Assembly: GCA_024103195.1 (NCBI GenBank)
Contig: JAGFIW010000081.1
Span: 8,572 to 72,571, forward strand
Direction: 5' to 3'
DNA: 64,000 nucleotides
From: Saprospiraceae bacterium
GTDB lineage: Bacteria; Bacteroidota; Bacteroidia; Chitinophagales; Saprospiraceae
Shown one piece after another: positions 12,172 to 21,992 of this stretch. Position 1 is the first letter of the stretch, and each line of letters starts with the position of its first letter. Position numbers and translations under genes: made by a program. Below the pieces are notes generated by a model. It was not told where the DNA came from. It was given only the letters and a program-made list of their open reading frames with translations, and made no database searches.

Positions 12172-13215
12172 TTACTGGTTGATCCTTATGAGTTCCACCT
12201 CAAAAATGAGATCGCTTTTGGGAGGTATGGCACCGGGGTATCCCCGCTCGCCATAGGCCAGCTGATACGGGATATAGAACTTGTATTTGGCTCCTTCTTT
12301 CATGAGTTGGACCCCTTCCGTCCAACCCGGGATCACCTGGTTCAATCCGAAATCAATGGGTTCGCCCCGCTGAACGCTGCTGTCAAAAACTTTGCCGTTC
12401 AGGAATGAACCGGTATAATGGACTTTGACATTGCTGGTGGCTACCGGTTGACTGCCTGTCCCTTCTCTGAGCACCATATAGCGGAGTCCGCTGGGAGTCA
12501 CCTGGGTGAATTCCTGCTTGATGCTGTCGGCCATGGCAGCCTGGCGGGCCTCCATTTCCTTTTGCTCGCGGAGGGCTACGGCCTGTTCCTGCTCAAATAC
12601 GGCCGGTGCATTGAAAGCCGATGCGGATGCCCCCTTCCTGAGGATGGTGATTTTGGTGATCTCGTCATTTTGGACGATGGCATCCACGACATCCTGCCCC
12701 TGGATCACATGGCCAAAAACCGTGTGTTTTCCGTCGAGCCAGGGAGTTTTGACATGAGTAATGAAGAATTGAGAACCATTGGTACCCGGTCCGGCGTTGG
12801 CCATGCTGAGAATGCCGGGGCCGGTATGGCGTAAGGAATCGTGGATCTCATCGGCAAATTTGTAGCCGGGTCCGCCCGATCCGGTCCCGTTGGGACAGCC
12901 CCCCTGGATCATGAAATTGTCGATGACCCGGTGGAATTTCAATCCATCGTAGTAAGGTTGTCCGTCCGGACGGGCCGTGTTTTTGATGGCTCCTTCGGCC
13001 AATCCTACGAAGTTGGCTACGGTCATGGGGGTTTTCTCGTGTTCGAGCAGGGCGTAAATCACGCCCTTGCTGGTCTCGATCCGGGCATAAAGGCCATCCG
13101 CTTGGGCATCCAGGAATTGTTTGTCCATGTTATCGACAGGTGTATGGTTTTGGGCGGTGATCTCCTGCAGTAGGCAGATGGCCGACAGACAGGAAAGGAA
13201 AATGATACGCATCAT
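12172..13215 (-). CDS. secreted dual-family peptidyl-prolyl isomerase (cyclophilin + FKBP domains)
   Basis: Signal peptide [22 protein letters not shown]. Cyclophilin core [13 protein letters not shown]...[18 protein letters not shown]-terminal FKBP core [18 protein letters not shown]...VIPGWTEG...LIFEVELI. Start set to ATG 13215. Confidence 0.85.
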   Translation of the reverse strand: MMRIIFLSCLSAICLLQEITAQNHTPVDNMDKQFLDAQADGLYARIETSKGVIYALLEHEKTPMTVANFVGLAEGAIKNTARPDGQPYYDGLKFHRVIDNFMIQGGCPNGTGSGGPGYKFADEIHDSLRHTGPGILSMANAGPGTNGSQFFITHVKTPWLDGKHTVFGHVIQGQDVVDAIVQNDEITKITILRKGASASAFNAPAVFEQEQAVALREQKEMEARQAAMADSIKQEFTQVTPSGLRYMVLREGTGSQPVATSNVKVHYTGSFLNGKVFDSSVQRGEPIDFGLNQVIPGWTEGVQLMKEGAKYKFYIPYQLAYGERGYPGAIPPKSDLIFEVELIRINQ

Positions 13216-13331
13216 TTGTTGAATTTGGGTGCGCAAGTTAGGCAAAATGGCACACCCGTCATACCGCCTTGGTATCATAACCCGGGGAAGAGGGAGCCCC
13301 GGCACAGTGGCGAATTGTCTGCAGGGTGAAT

Positions 13332-14897
13332 TTATTGCTTGAAGATCAGGCCCAGCGTTTGTTGCAGCGTGGAGGTTCTCAGGTGGACGTAATAATTTCC
13401 GGATGGAAGGTGACCCGGGGTGAAGGGGACAACATGCACCCCAGCCGGCCAGTACCGGTGAGTCAGTACCCCCACTTCAAATCCCGCAGCATTGAAAATG
13501 CTCAGACGGACCGTTTCTCCCAGGCTCCTGAATTCCACCTGGGCCGTTTCCGTGAATGGATTGGGCCATACTTTGAGGCCGCCTTTGGCATCAGTTCCTG
13601 ACGTTTCCACGGACGTGGTTTCGCAACCTTGAATGAGGGGCAGTTCGGCAAAAGCATCAAACAGGATACCCTCCACATCTTCTTTGGGCACTTCCAGCCA
13701 TTGGTGCAGCAACGACCCGTACACGGACCGGAAGTCGTGTTGCATGGCAACGCCCTCTTGGGGGTCCACTTCCTCATTGATGATGGGATTGTCACCGATG
13801 ATGGTCGGGTTGACACAAGATCCGAACACGAAAAGCGGGGCAGCTGAACCATGATCCGTTCCGTTGGCGCCATTGGAGCGGATTCTGCGACCGAATTCGG
13901 AATAGGTCATGCCCACTACCCGCTTATCGAGTTGCTGTAGGACCAGATCTGTCTGGAAAACGGCAATCGCTTCAGAAAGGGTGCGGAGCAGATTGGCATG
14001 TCCTCCCGTGGTCGTATCGGTAGCGTCAACCTGGTTGGCATGAGTGTCAAACCCTCCGAGACTGGCTACATAAATCCGGGTTTTCAAACCACCGGAAATG
14101 AGCAGGGCGATGGTTTTCAACTGTTGGGCCAGCCGGTTGTCGGCTGGGTAGTCCACCAGATTGGCCCCTTTTTCGGCGGCCTGGGTGATGACTTCGCCAT
14201 AAGCGTTCGTCTGCAGGATGGAAGTGCGGACAAAGGCCAACTCCTTGCCATAGCATTGGGTGGGGTCGGTATTGACTTCATCGTCTTCCAGCAGGGGAGA
14301 CAGGCCGGAGGGATCCTGAAGGGCCAGGGAATAATTGGCGACTACCCCCTGGCACGTTTCGGAGATGATGGAGCCTATGGTAATGGCGAAGGGGTCGGGA
14401 TAACTGCCATTGGGATACCCGTTGGGGTAATCAGGTACATATTGGTCAAAAAACCTGCCTGCCCACCCGGTGGAAAGCACCTGATTGGCCGCAGAGGCCG
14501 TTTGCCAGATATCCGTGGAACGGAAATGGGACCGGTTTTGGTCGGGATAGCCGACATTCTGGACCAGGCAAAGCCTGCCCTCGTCAAAAACCTCCTTGAG
14601 ATGGGTCATTGCCGGATGCAGACCTGTCTCAGCGGACAACTGGAGCGCTGAAGATTCGGGGATGAGGATGTTTTCCCTGGCCGTAAACAGTTGGCTGTAC
14701 TGGTCGAGGGGTAGTACCATATTCAGCCCATCGTTGCCACCGTTGAGCTGGATAAGCACTAAAATCCGGTCCGAGTCGCTGTTCATGCCGTTGAAGAGGG
14801 CATGGCGGGTCAGTGCAGAGAGTTTCTGACCATGGAGCATGATGGGCAAACCGATGGCGGTGGCCGCACCCTTCTTGATAAACGAACGTCTTTTCAT
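13332..14897 (-). CDS. DUF1501 (sulfatase/phosphatase-fold) protein with Tat-like signal and type-A T9SS C-terminal domain
   Basis: [20 protein letters not shown] twin-arginine-like N-terminus. DUF1501 motifs [10 protein letters not shown] and SEFGRR...NGTDHG. C-terminal LKVWPNPF...[10 protein letters not shown]...LIFKQ resembles Por_Secre_tail. Start set to ATG 14897. Confidence 0.85.
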   Translation of the reverse strand: MKRRSFIKKGAATAIGLPIMLHGQKLSALTRHALFNGMNSDSDRILVLIQLNGGNDGLNMVLPLDQYSQLFTARENILIPESSALQLSAETGLHPAMTHLKEVFDEGRLCLVQNVGYPDQNRSHFRSTDIWQTASAANQVLSTGWAGRFFDQYVPDYPNGYPNGSYPDPFAITIGSIISETCQGVVANYSLALQDPSGLSPLLEDDEVNTDPTQCYGKELAFVRTSILQTNAYGEVITQAAEKGANLVDYPADNRLAQQLKTIALLISGGLKTRIYVASLGGFDTHANQVDATDTTTGGHANLLRTLSEAIAVFQTDLVLQQLDKRVVGMTYSEFGRRIRSNGANGTDHGSAAPLFVFGSCVNPTIIGDNPIINEEVDPQEGVAMQHDFRSVYGSLLHQWLEVPKEDVEGILFDAFAELPLIQGCETTSVETSGTDAKGGLKVWPNPFTETAQVEFRSLGETVRLSIFNAAGFEVGVLTHRYWPAGVHVVPFTPGHLPSGNYYVHLRTSTLQQTLGLIFKQ

Positions 14898-14917
14898 GGC
14901 ATTGGAGGGCAAGAGGG

Positions 14918-16585
14918 TTAACAAAGCTGATGTTCCGGCATTTGCATCATGGCAGCCAGGAGATTTTTCAATTTGTTGGCCACACTGTTGGCCACCGTCA
15001 TGTCGGAAGGATCGGATATGTAATCGGCATATTCCACTGACCATACGTAGTCAGGCAGGCCTTGCAACAGGATTTCCTTGAGGTAAGCCCTTTTTTCCGC
15101 CGAAACGGGTTGGGGGAAGAGCAACTCGGCAAATCCTTCGATCATGGCATCGGCTTCGTAGGGATCTGGCAGGGTCCCGACCCATTGAAGGACCGGAAAT
15201 GGCGCATTGGGATTGTTCCCGAATTTGAGGCCCGTAAAGATTTGATTGCGGACCCAGTCGGTGCGAATCGGCAGGGTGACGGAATTCAGCCAGCTTTGGT
15301 ACCAGGCGGGGTCCTGATACCATGCCTTCCATCCGGCCACGCTGGGAGGGTCATAATAGGCCATTTGCATCAGACCGAAGGTCGGGAACACCAGGTTCCA
15401 GTAGCGGTATTGTGTATTCAGGTTGCCAGGTGCCACCCAACCCGATTGGCGCAGCGTCCGCATGACAAAGCAAACGGGATGCTTGATCATCACCCCGCGC
15501 AAACAGGCATCGTAGAAGTGTTGACTGGCCAACAGCGCCTGCAGGGCGGGAGCGATTTCATAATCGTGATCCAGAATGAGTTGGGCCATGGGTTGAATGA
15601 CCTCTGCCTCCGTTTCCGGTGTGATCTCGTAATAGACGAACCAACGGTACAACTTGCGGGCAATGAACACGGCGCATTGGCTCTTGCTAAAGATGATATC
15701 GATCAGATGCGCGTATTCCTGATCCCCCATGTTGGGTATGTCCACGTTATCAAATCGGTGAGACAATGTCTTGGTACCCAGGTCATGGCGGTTGTTCCGA
15801 TATTCAGAGCCGACTTTGATGTCGGGGTTGAGGGTATTGTAGCCGGTGGTTACCCAACCCGTCAGGACTCTGGCCATGGCCAGCACATCCTCTTCCGTGT
15901 AATAGGTGTAATCGCCAGGGCCTGCCTGCGGTCCCTTGCCGATGGTGAACAACTCCAGAAGCTCCCTGGCGTAATTTTCGTTGGGCTTGGTCCTCGTATT
16001 CTGGTCGCCATTCAGATACCGGAGCATGGACGGATCGATGGTGATGTTTTTGGTCAGTTCCCGAAAATTTCCGGTTGCGAAGGACCTGAGCAATGAAATA
16101 TAGACATAGAGGAACTTGGGATCATTCACTTCTATCCGGGAGGTGACAAAATGATTGTGCCAAAAAAGGGTCATCACTTCGCGGATGTTCATGCCGCTCT
16201 CCAGCAGGAGACCTACGGTCCAACCCTGAAGGGATTGAAAACGGTAGGCGCGGAAGTTGAGGACGGCGTCATAGGGCGCGTCAATCCAGGTTTCACCCAC
16301 CGGCACATTGGGGTCCTGATTATAGAAATGGTTGATGGGTGGCGAAGGGGGTGCCTGGGGCTCGAACAACTTTTGGATGGTGCCTTCCAAACCGAGGTTA
16401 AGCGCTTCGTCGATTTCGGCGCGTGTCGGGCCGAAGGTGGTCCTTCGCAGTAGGTGGGCAGCGGTTTCGGCATCCCAGGGGCCCGAGTAAGCATCCAAAC
16501 CTCCTGAGAAGGTCAGATGGGTACGTTGCCGGGATTGGCGAACACGTCCTGAGAACAGGGCCTGCAGCGTTGATCTTCTATCCAT
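14918..16585 (-). CDS. DUF1800 protein (usual partner of DUF1501)
   Basis: FWHNHF, MLRYLNGDQN...PNENYARELLELFTIG, YTEEDVLAMARVLTGW motifs. The track start 16591 is a TTG; the ATG is at 16585 (MDRRSTLQ). Confidence 0.85.
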   Translation of the reverse strand: MDRRSTLQALFSGRVRQSRQRTHLTFSGGLDAYSGPWDAETAAHLLRRTTFGPTRAEIDEALNLGLEGTIQKLFEPQAPPSPPINHFYNQDPNVPVGETWIDAPYDAVLNFRAYRFQSLQGWTVGLLLESGMNIREVMTLFWHNHFVTSRIEVNDPKFLYVYISLLRSFATGNFRELTKNITIDPSMLRYLNGDQNTRTKPNENYARELLELFTIGKGPQAGPGDYTYYTEEDVLAMARVLTGWVTTGYNTLNPDIKVGSEYRNNRHDLGTKTLSHRFDNVDIPNMGDQEYAHLIDIIFSKSQCAVFIARKLYRWFVYYEITPETEAEVIQPMAQLILDHDYEIAPALQALLASQHFYDACLRGVMIKHPVCFVMRTLRQSGWVAPGNLNTQYRYWNLVFPTFGLMQMAYYDPPSVAGWKAWYQDPAWYQSWLNSVTLPIRTDWVRNQIFTGLKFGNNPNAPFPVLQWVGTLPDPYEADAMIEGFAELLFPQPVSAEKRAYLKEILLQGLPDYVWSVEYADYISDPSDMTVANSVANKLKNLLAAMMQMPEHQLC

Positions 16586-16757
16586 GGCCAAGAGTTGAGG
16601 AAATAAGAAAAGGAGGTGGTTGAACAGGTATAGGCCTCAAAAGGCGAATAAAAATACTTCTTTCAACCGGATGGTGCAAAGGTTGCTTTTCGGGTTGCCC
16701 GGCCCCGAAAAAATACACCTTGACGGCAATTGCTAATTTTACCGCACAAGTCTCTGC

Positions 16758-17921
16758 ATGTATCCCAATCTGAGCTATCTGATCCATGCCCTGACCGGTT
16801 GGGGGCCGGACAATGCGTTTTCCGTCGTACAGACCTTCGGGCTGATGCTGGCCGTATCATTTTTGGCCAGTGCCTGGTTTTTGTCCATGGAACTCAAGCG
16901 CAAGGAGAGAGAGGGGATTCTACATCCGGTACTGACTACCATCCGGGTGGGCGCACCACCATCCTGGATGGATGTGGCCTGGAACGGCCTGTTCGGATTC
17001 CTGATAGGCTTCAAAGGATTGTATGTCCTCCAGCACGGACCTGCCTTTCAGGAGGATCCGGCCGGTGTGATCTTATCCGCCCAGGGTAGTTGGGTCGGAG
17101 GATTGCTGGGACTTGCCCTTTTGGGAGGTTGGAAGGGATGGTTGCGGCTCAAAGCCAAGGGCAGCGGTGAAGAGAAAAAAATCAGTGTATGGCCCCATCA
17201 GCGGGTATGGGACATGGCCATGATAGCCGGTATCTGCGGAGTGGCAGGTTCAAAACTCTTTTCCCTGCTCGAGGATCCGCAGGCCTTGATCCAGGATCCG
17301 GTGGGACAGATATTCAGTGGTTCCGGACTCAACTTCCTGGGCGGTCTGATCCTGGGGTTCGTCGGTGTATTCACCTACATCCGGATGAAGAAAATTCCGG
17401 GCATCCATTTGCTGGATGCCACTGCTCCGGCCCTTGTGGTGGGATATGCCGTAGGCCGGATTGGCTGCCAGCTTTCCGGAGATGGCGACTGGGGAATTGT
17501 TCATCTGGATCCGGTGCCGGTCTGGTGGTTTTTGCCGGACTGGATATGGTCATTCGATTATCCCCATAACGTTCTCAATGAAGGGGTGCCCATCGAAGGC
17601 TGTACGTGGAAATACTGCCACCGGCTGGCAGAGCCCGTCTATCCTACCCCGTTCTATGAAACAGTCCTGGGCGGAGTCATCCTTGCCTTGCTTTGGGGTT
17701 TGCGCAAGCGCATACATGTCCCCGGAGTTTTGTTTTTCCTCTATCTCGTCCTGATCTCGGCAGAGCGTTTCCTCATTGAATTCATCCGGGTCAATGACCG
17801 GTATGATATTCTCGGGTTTCAATGGACCCAATCCCAGGCCATTTCCGTCCTTTTGTTCTTGGTAGGCTTGGGAGGAATGGTCTGGTTGTGGAATCGTTCC
17901 CCGAAAGGACGGAAGGCATGA
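16758..17921 (+). CDS. lgt: prolipoprotein diacylglyceryl transferase (long form)
   Basis: Polytopic membrane protein with the Lgt signature GRIGCQLSGDGDWG and conserved Y/R-rich C-terminal helices. Confidence 0.85.
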   Translation: MYPNLSYLIHALTGWGPDNAFSVVQTFGLMLAVSFLASAWFLSMELKRKEREGILHPVLTTIRVGAPPSWMDVAWNGLFGFLIGFKGLYVLQHGPAFQEDPAGVILSAQGSWVGGLLGLALLGGWKGWLRLKAKGSGEEKKISVWPHQRVWDMAMIAGICGVAGSKLFSLLEDPQALIQDPVGQIFSGSGLNFLGGLILGFVGVFTYIRMKKIPGIHLLDATAPALVVGYAVGRIGCQLSGDGDWGIVHLDPVPVWWFLPDWIWSFDYPHNVLNEGVPIEGCTWKYCHRLAEPVYPTPFYETVLGGVILALLWGLRKRIHVPGVLFFLYLVLISAERFLIEFIRVNDRYDILGFQWTQSQAISVLLFLVGLGGMVWLWNRSPKGRKA

Positions 17922-19696
17922 CCGGACCTGATTTCGCCATCCTGGCGGCCTTTCTGGTAGTGGCCCTCGTTGTGGGTTTGTTGGCGACTCCGAAGGCCGG
18001 TAAAAACGCGGAGGAGTACTTTCTTTCCGGTCGCCGGCTGCCCTGGTGGCTACTGGGTATCAGTATCGTGGCAACCACTTTTTCCGCGGATACGCCCAAT
18101 CTGGTTACGGATATCGTCCGGCAGCATGGCGTTGCCGGCAACTGGCTCTGGTGGGCCTTCCTGCTGACCGGGATGTTGACGGTGTTCGTGTATGCCCGGT
18201 TGTGGCGCAGGTCGGCCGTCATGACAGACCTTGGATTTTACGAATTGCGGTACGGAGGCCCTGCTGCCGCCTTTCTGCGTGGATTCAGGGCCATTTATCT
18301 CGGTGTGGTGTTCAACGTGGTCATCATGGCCACTGTCATGTTGGCCGGCATCAAAATGGCCGGGATCCTCATGGGATGGAGTCCTGTCCAGACCGTTCTT
18401 CTTGCAGGAGGGGTGACATTGGCTTATTCCGTTCTCGGAGGTCTTCGCGGCGTGATTTGGACCGACTTCCTCATGTTCATGCTGGCCATGGCGGGGGCTA
18501 TTGTAGCGGCCGTTTTTGCCTTGCGCCACCCCTCGGTGGGAGGTTTGGAAGGCTTGGTCGCACATTTTGATGGCACACCTACACTGAACATGGTCCCTGA
18601 GCTGACCGATCCTTCGGCCTATGTGCCATTGCTTATGGTGCCGTTGCTGGTCCAGTGGTGGAGCGTATGGTATCCGGGGGCAGAACCCGGAGGTGGCGGT
18701 TATGCCGCTCAGCGTATGTTGGCGGCACGGGATGAGAAAAATGCATTGGGAGCGGTCTTGCTGTTCAACGTCGTCCATTATGCCATCAGACCCTGGCCCT
18801 GGATCCTGGTGGCCCTGGCATCCCTTATCGTATATCCCGACCTTGCCTCGCTCAAGCATGCTTTTCCCGACCTTGATCCCACAGTCGTGAAAGACGACCT
18901 CGCCTACCCGGCCATGTTGCATCAGCTCCCTCCCGGTTGGCTGGGTCTGGTGGCCACGAGCCTCATCGCGGCATTCATGAGCACGATCTCGACCCATCTC
19001 AATTGGGGCGCTTCCTACCTGGTCCATGATTTTTGGGTCCGTTATTGCCGTCCGGAAACCTCGCCGGCCGGTCAGGTAAGTGTCGGACGATGGTCCACGG
19101 TACTCCTTATGGCACTTGCCATGGGGCTCAGCCTCCTGATGAGCAGTGCCCTGGACGCATTCACCATCCTTTTGCAGATTGGGGCCGGCACCGGACTGAT
19201 CTATATCCTCAGGTGGTTTTGGTGGCGCATCAATGCCTGGACCGAAATCTCCGGGATGGTCCTGTCCTTCGCCGTGGCCATTTATTTTGCCTTTATTCAT
19301 CCCGGCGGGATGGCCCCTCACCTCGAATTGGTGGCCGGGGTCGGGGTGACTACCTTTGGCTGGCTGGTTTGCACCCTGCTGACCCGGCCGGAAAAAGAGG
19401 AGGTGCTTGTCGCCTTCTTCCAAAGGATCAGGCCCGGAGGTCCGGGCTGGGCGGCCGTGGCAGCCAAGGTGAATGGGCACAAGGACCTGACGGCCCAGGC
19501 GGAAAGAAGTCATCCGATATTGCGTCAACTGCTGGCCATGTCCCTGGGATGTATGGCGGTTTATGCGGCGTTATTCGCTACCGGATATATGCTATATGGC
19601 CAGTATTTGTCAGCCGGTTTGGGGGCAGGTATTGCCCTGCTGACCGGGGGGATGCTGTTCCATATCGTCCGGGGCATCCTGAAAGAGGAAAGATAA
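17918..19696 (+). CDS. sodium:solute symporter family transporter
   Basis: About 13 hydrophobic helices with an SSS-like N-terminal region (EEYFLSGRRLPWW, GISIVATTFSADTP). ATG 17918 overlaps the lgt stop (ATGA). Confidence 0.8.
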   Translation: MTGPDFAILAAFLVVALVVGLLATPKAGKNAEEYFLSGRRLPWWLLGISIVATTFSADTPNLVTDIVRQHGVAGNWLWWAFLLTGMLTVFVYARLWRRSAVMTDLGFYELRYGGPAAAFLRGFRAIYLGVVFNVVIMATVMLAGIKMAGILMGWSPVQTVLLAGGVTLAYSVLGGLRGVIWTDFLMFMLAMAGAIVAAVFALRHPSVGGLEGLVAHFDGTPTLNMVPELTDPSAYVPLLMVPLLVQWWSVWYPGAEPGGGGYAAQRMLAARDEKNALGAVLLFNVVHYAIRPWPWILVALASLIVYPDLASLKHAFPDLDPTVVKDDLAYPAMLHQLPPGWLGLVATSLIAAFMSTISTHLNWGASYLVHDFWVRYCRPETSPAGQVSVGRWSTVLLMALAMGLSLLMSSALDAFTILLQIGAGTGLIYILRWFWWRINAWTEISGMVLSFAVAIYFAFIHPGGMAPHLELVAGVGVTTFGWLVCTLLTRPEKEEVLVAFFQRIRPGGPGWAAVAAKVNGHKDLTAQAERSHPILRQLLAMSLGCMAVYAALFATGYMLYGQYLSAGLGAGIALLTGGMLFHIVRGILKEER

Positions 19697-19705
19697 TAAG
19701 GGGTT

Positions 19706-20296
19706 TCACCCTCTGTAAAGGGTGCTGGTGTCCAAATAGCGGAATACCGGCTCCGGGACCAAATAACGGACGGATTTTCCGGCGCGGATGCTGGAACGGA
19801 TGAATGTCGAGGAAATTTCCATCAGGGGCGCCGTCACGAATTGCACATTCGGATGGTCGTCAAAACGGGAGGCGGGCACATCGGGTCGCCTGTAGACCAG
19901 CAGGCGGTACCGCTCGAGAAGAACCTCAAAGTTCTTCCATTTGTCCAGGGTGACCAGGTTGTCACTCCCCATAATGAGGTGGAAGTGGTGGTCGGGGTAT
20001 TTTTCCGTCAGGTAGGCCAGCGTGTCAACGGTATAGGAAGGGCGGGGAAGTCCGAATTCGACCTGGGATGCTTTCAGGCGGGGATTGTCTTCTGTGGCGA
20101 GTTGGACAAGGTGCAACCGGTCGTGATCACGGGCCAGTGTTTGGCGGGGTTTGAGCGGATTGTGAGGCGATACCACCAGCCAAACCTGATGGAGATTGGC
20201 AAACTCCACCATGTGATTGGCGATGATGAGATGCCCGATATGCACCGGATTGAAGGAGCCGAAAAACAGTCCGATCTGAGGGTTGCCCGATGTCAT
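19706..20296 (-). CDS. nadD: nicotinate-nucleotide adenylyltransferase
   Basis: GLFFGSFNPVHIGHL (HxGH nucleotidyltransferase motif) and ISSTFIRS (ISST motif). 196 aa. Confidence 0.9.
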   Translation of the reverse strand: MTSGNPQIGLFFGSFNPVHIGHLIIANHMVEFANLHQVWLVVSPHNPLKPRQTLARDHDRLHLVQLATEDNPRLKASQVEFGLPRPSYTVDTLAYLTEKYPDHHFHLIMGSDNLVTLDKWKNFEVLLERYRLLVYRRPDVPASRFDDHPNVQFVTAPLMEISSTFIRSSIRAGKSVRYLVPEPVFRYLDTSTLYRG

Positions 20297-20298
20297 GA

Positions 20299-20739
20299 TT
20301 ACCGTGAGGATTGTTCTTCCGGACGGTCCAGGTCAACCTGCCAGGCCCCGTCAACGAGCAGGAGGCGTATGCTGTCGAGGACCAGGCGGTCGTCCTGCAA
20401 TTCGGCAAAATGGCAGATGGCCGTATCCTTTTTGGACACGCAGCGTATCCCTTCGATCACCGTGGGAGGGGACTTCCTGGCGGGTGGTTGATCGGAAGGA
20501 AGCGAGCGGAGCAGGTTGATCCACTCCTTCGTGGAAGGACTGGACCAACGCCAGGCATTATCGAATTGTCCGAGATCCATGGCTTGTTGCCAATACAGAA
20601 AAACAGCTTCGGGATCGTTGGCCTCCGGTGGAGGCAAGGTGACAAGGGCAGGATCAGACGATTGGGGATCCTGGTCGGCAGGTGGTTCGTTACAGGCCAG
20701 CATCAGGATGATCAGTGCCAGCCCGTAAACGCATATCAT
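20299..20739 (-). CDS. hypothetical lipoprotein
   Basis: MICVYGLALIILMLAC lipobox-type signal from ATG 20739. Sits between dnaN and nadD on the same strand. Confidence 0.5.
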   Translation of the reverse strand: MICVYGLALIILMLACNEPPADQDPQSSDPALVTLPPPEANDPEAVFLYWQQAMDLGQFDNAWRWSSPSTKEWINLLRSLPSDQPPARKSPPTVIEGIRCVSKKDTAICHFAELQDDRLVLDSIRLLLVDGAWQVDLDRPEEQSSR

Positions 20740-20800
20740 TTTGGAGGAAAGCCATTCCGCGGCCATAGGCAGAGGGTTGCCTTCCGGAAGAGGAAGGAGG

Positions 20801-21916
20801 TCAGTTGCTCAACATCACCGGCATGATCAGCATCAGGATATCCTCTCCCTCGGCCGGTTCGGCCGGCAAGATCAATCCGGCCCTTTGCGGGGTTGACAGC
20901 TCGAGTTTGATCTCGTCGTGTTCCAGGACCCCCAGCATTTCAAGCAGGTATTTGGCATTGAATCCGATGGAAAGCGGACTGCCTGCATAACTGCAGGTGA
21001 GTTGTTCCGTGGCTTCGTTGGCGAAATCGATATCCTGGGAAGAAATGGTGAGGCTGCCATCCGAGATAGTCAGCATGATCTGGTTGGTGGTCTTGTTGGC
21101 ATACAGACCGATCCGACGGACGGATTGCAGGAAATCCTTCCGCGCAACGGTCATGATATTGGGGTTGTTGGCCGGGATAACGGCATTGTAATCCGGATAA
21201 CGGGCATCGATCAATCGGGCACTCATGCGAAAGGTCCCGGCGTCGAAGTAAATATGTGATTTGTTGAAACTGATCAGGATGGTAGCGTTGTCATCCACGA
21301 TCCCCTTGAGCAGGTTGAGGGATTTTTTAGTGAGGATCATGGATCCCGATGTCTCCTGTCCGCTGTGCTGGAGGCGATACCGGACGAGTTTGTGGGCATC
21401 CGTAGCGACAAAGGTGAGCGCCTCGGACTCGATCAGGAAATAAACCCCCATCATCGCCAGACGCATTTCGTCAATACCGGTAGCGAAAATGGTGTGGGAA
21501 ATCATGTGCTGAAGCTCCATCCCGGTAAGCGAGATTTCGTCCACGCCATCCGGTCGGGGCGGGTCGGGAAAATCGGCGCCGCTTTCCCCTGCCAGTTTGT
21601 ATTTGCCGAACACCGAAGTGATCTCGACGGCGTGATTGGTGGGATCCACCTGGAAAGTAAGTGGTTGTTCCGGCAGGCTTTTGAGGGTGTCGAGGAGAAT
21701 CCGGGCCGGTATGGCCACTTCTCCATCCGCATCAGCGCTCACTTCCGCATGCGTGGTGATGCTGATATCGAGATCCGAAGCGGTGATGGTCAGGGTATTG
21801 CCGCTGATGGTAAACAGAAAATCCTCCAGAATGGGAAGAACGGGATTGTTTCCGATCGCACCGCCAGCCAGCTGGAGGCGCTTGAGCAATTCGGCGGAGG
21901 AGACAGTAAACTTCAT
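20801..21916 (-). CDS. dnaN: DNA polymerase III beta sliding clamp
   Basis: Typical N-terminus MKFTVSSAELLKRLQ, three-domain length (371 aa) and C-terminal MPVML. The track start 21940 is a TTG that lies inside a promoter-like box, so ATG 21916 is preferred. Confidence 0.9.
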   Translation of the reverse strand: MKFTVSSAELLKRLQLAGGAIGNNPVLPILEDFLFTISGNTLTITASDLDISITTHAEVSADADGEVAIPARILLDTLKSLPEQPLTFQVDPTNHAVEITSVFGKYKLAGESGADFPDPPRPDGVDEISLTGMELQHMISHTIFATGIDEMRLAMMGVYFLIESEALTFVATDAHKLVRYRLQHSGQETSGSMILTKKSLNLLKGIVDDNATILISFNKSHIYFDAGTFRMSARLIDARYPDYNAVIPANNPNIMTVARKDFLQSVRRIGLYANKTTNQIMLTISDGSLTISSQDIDFANEATEQLTCSYAGSPLSIGFNAKYLLEMLGVLEHDEIKLELSTPQRAGLILPAEPAEGEDILMLIMPVMLSN

Positions 21917-21937
21917 TCCAGGTTGAGCTTTGCGCGC

Positions 21938-21945
21938 CAAAGATA
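21938..21945 (-). promoter_or_regulatory. -7 box TATCTTTG upstream of dnaN
   Basis: Plus strand reads CAAAGATA. 21 nt upstream of ATG 21916. Confidence 0.4.
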
Positions 21946-21980
21946 CGCTTTGACGGGATTATCGGCGGTGACAAAGCGTG

Positions 21981-21988
21981 TACATTTG
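21981..21988 (+). promoter_or_regulatory. -7 box TACATTTG upstream of the M16 gene
   Basis: Exact TAnnTTTG match, 4 nt before ATG 21993. Confidence 0.35.
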
Positions 21989-21992
21989 GCGC

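Noticed and set aside
21917-21992. Possible oriC next to dnaN
   Set aside because: The gap is only 76 bp. I see no DnaA boxes (TTATCCACA-like) and no AT-rich unwinding element. dnaA is not adjacent.
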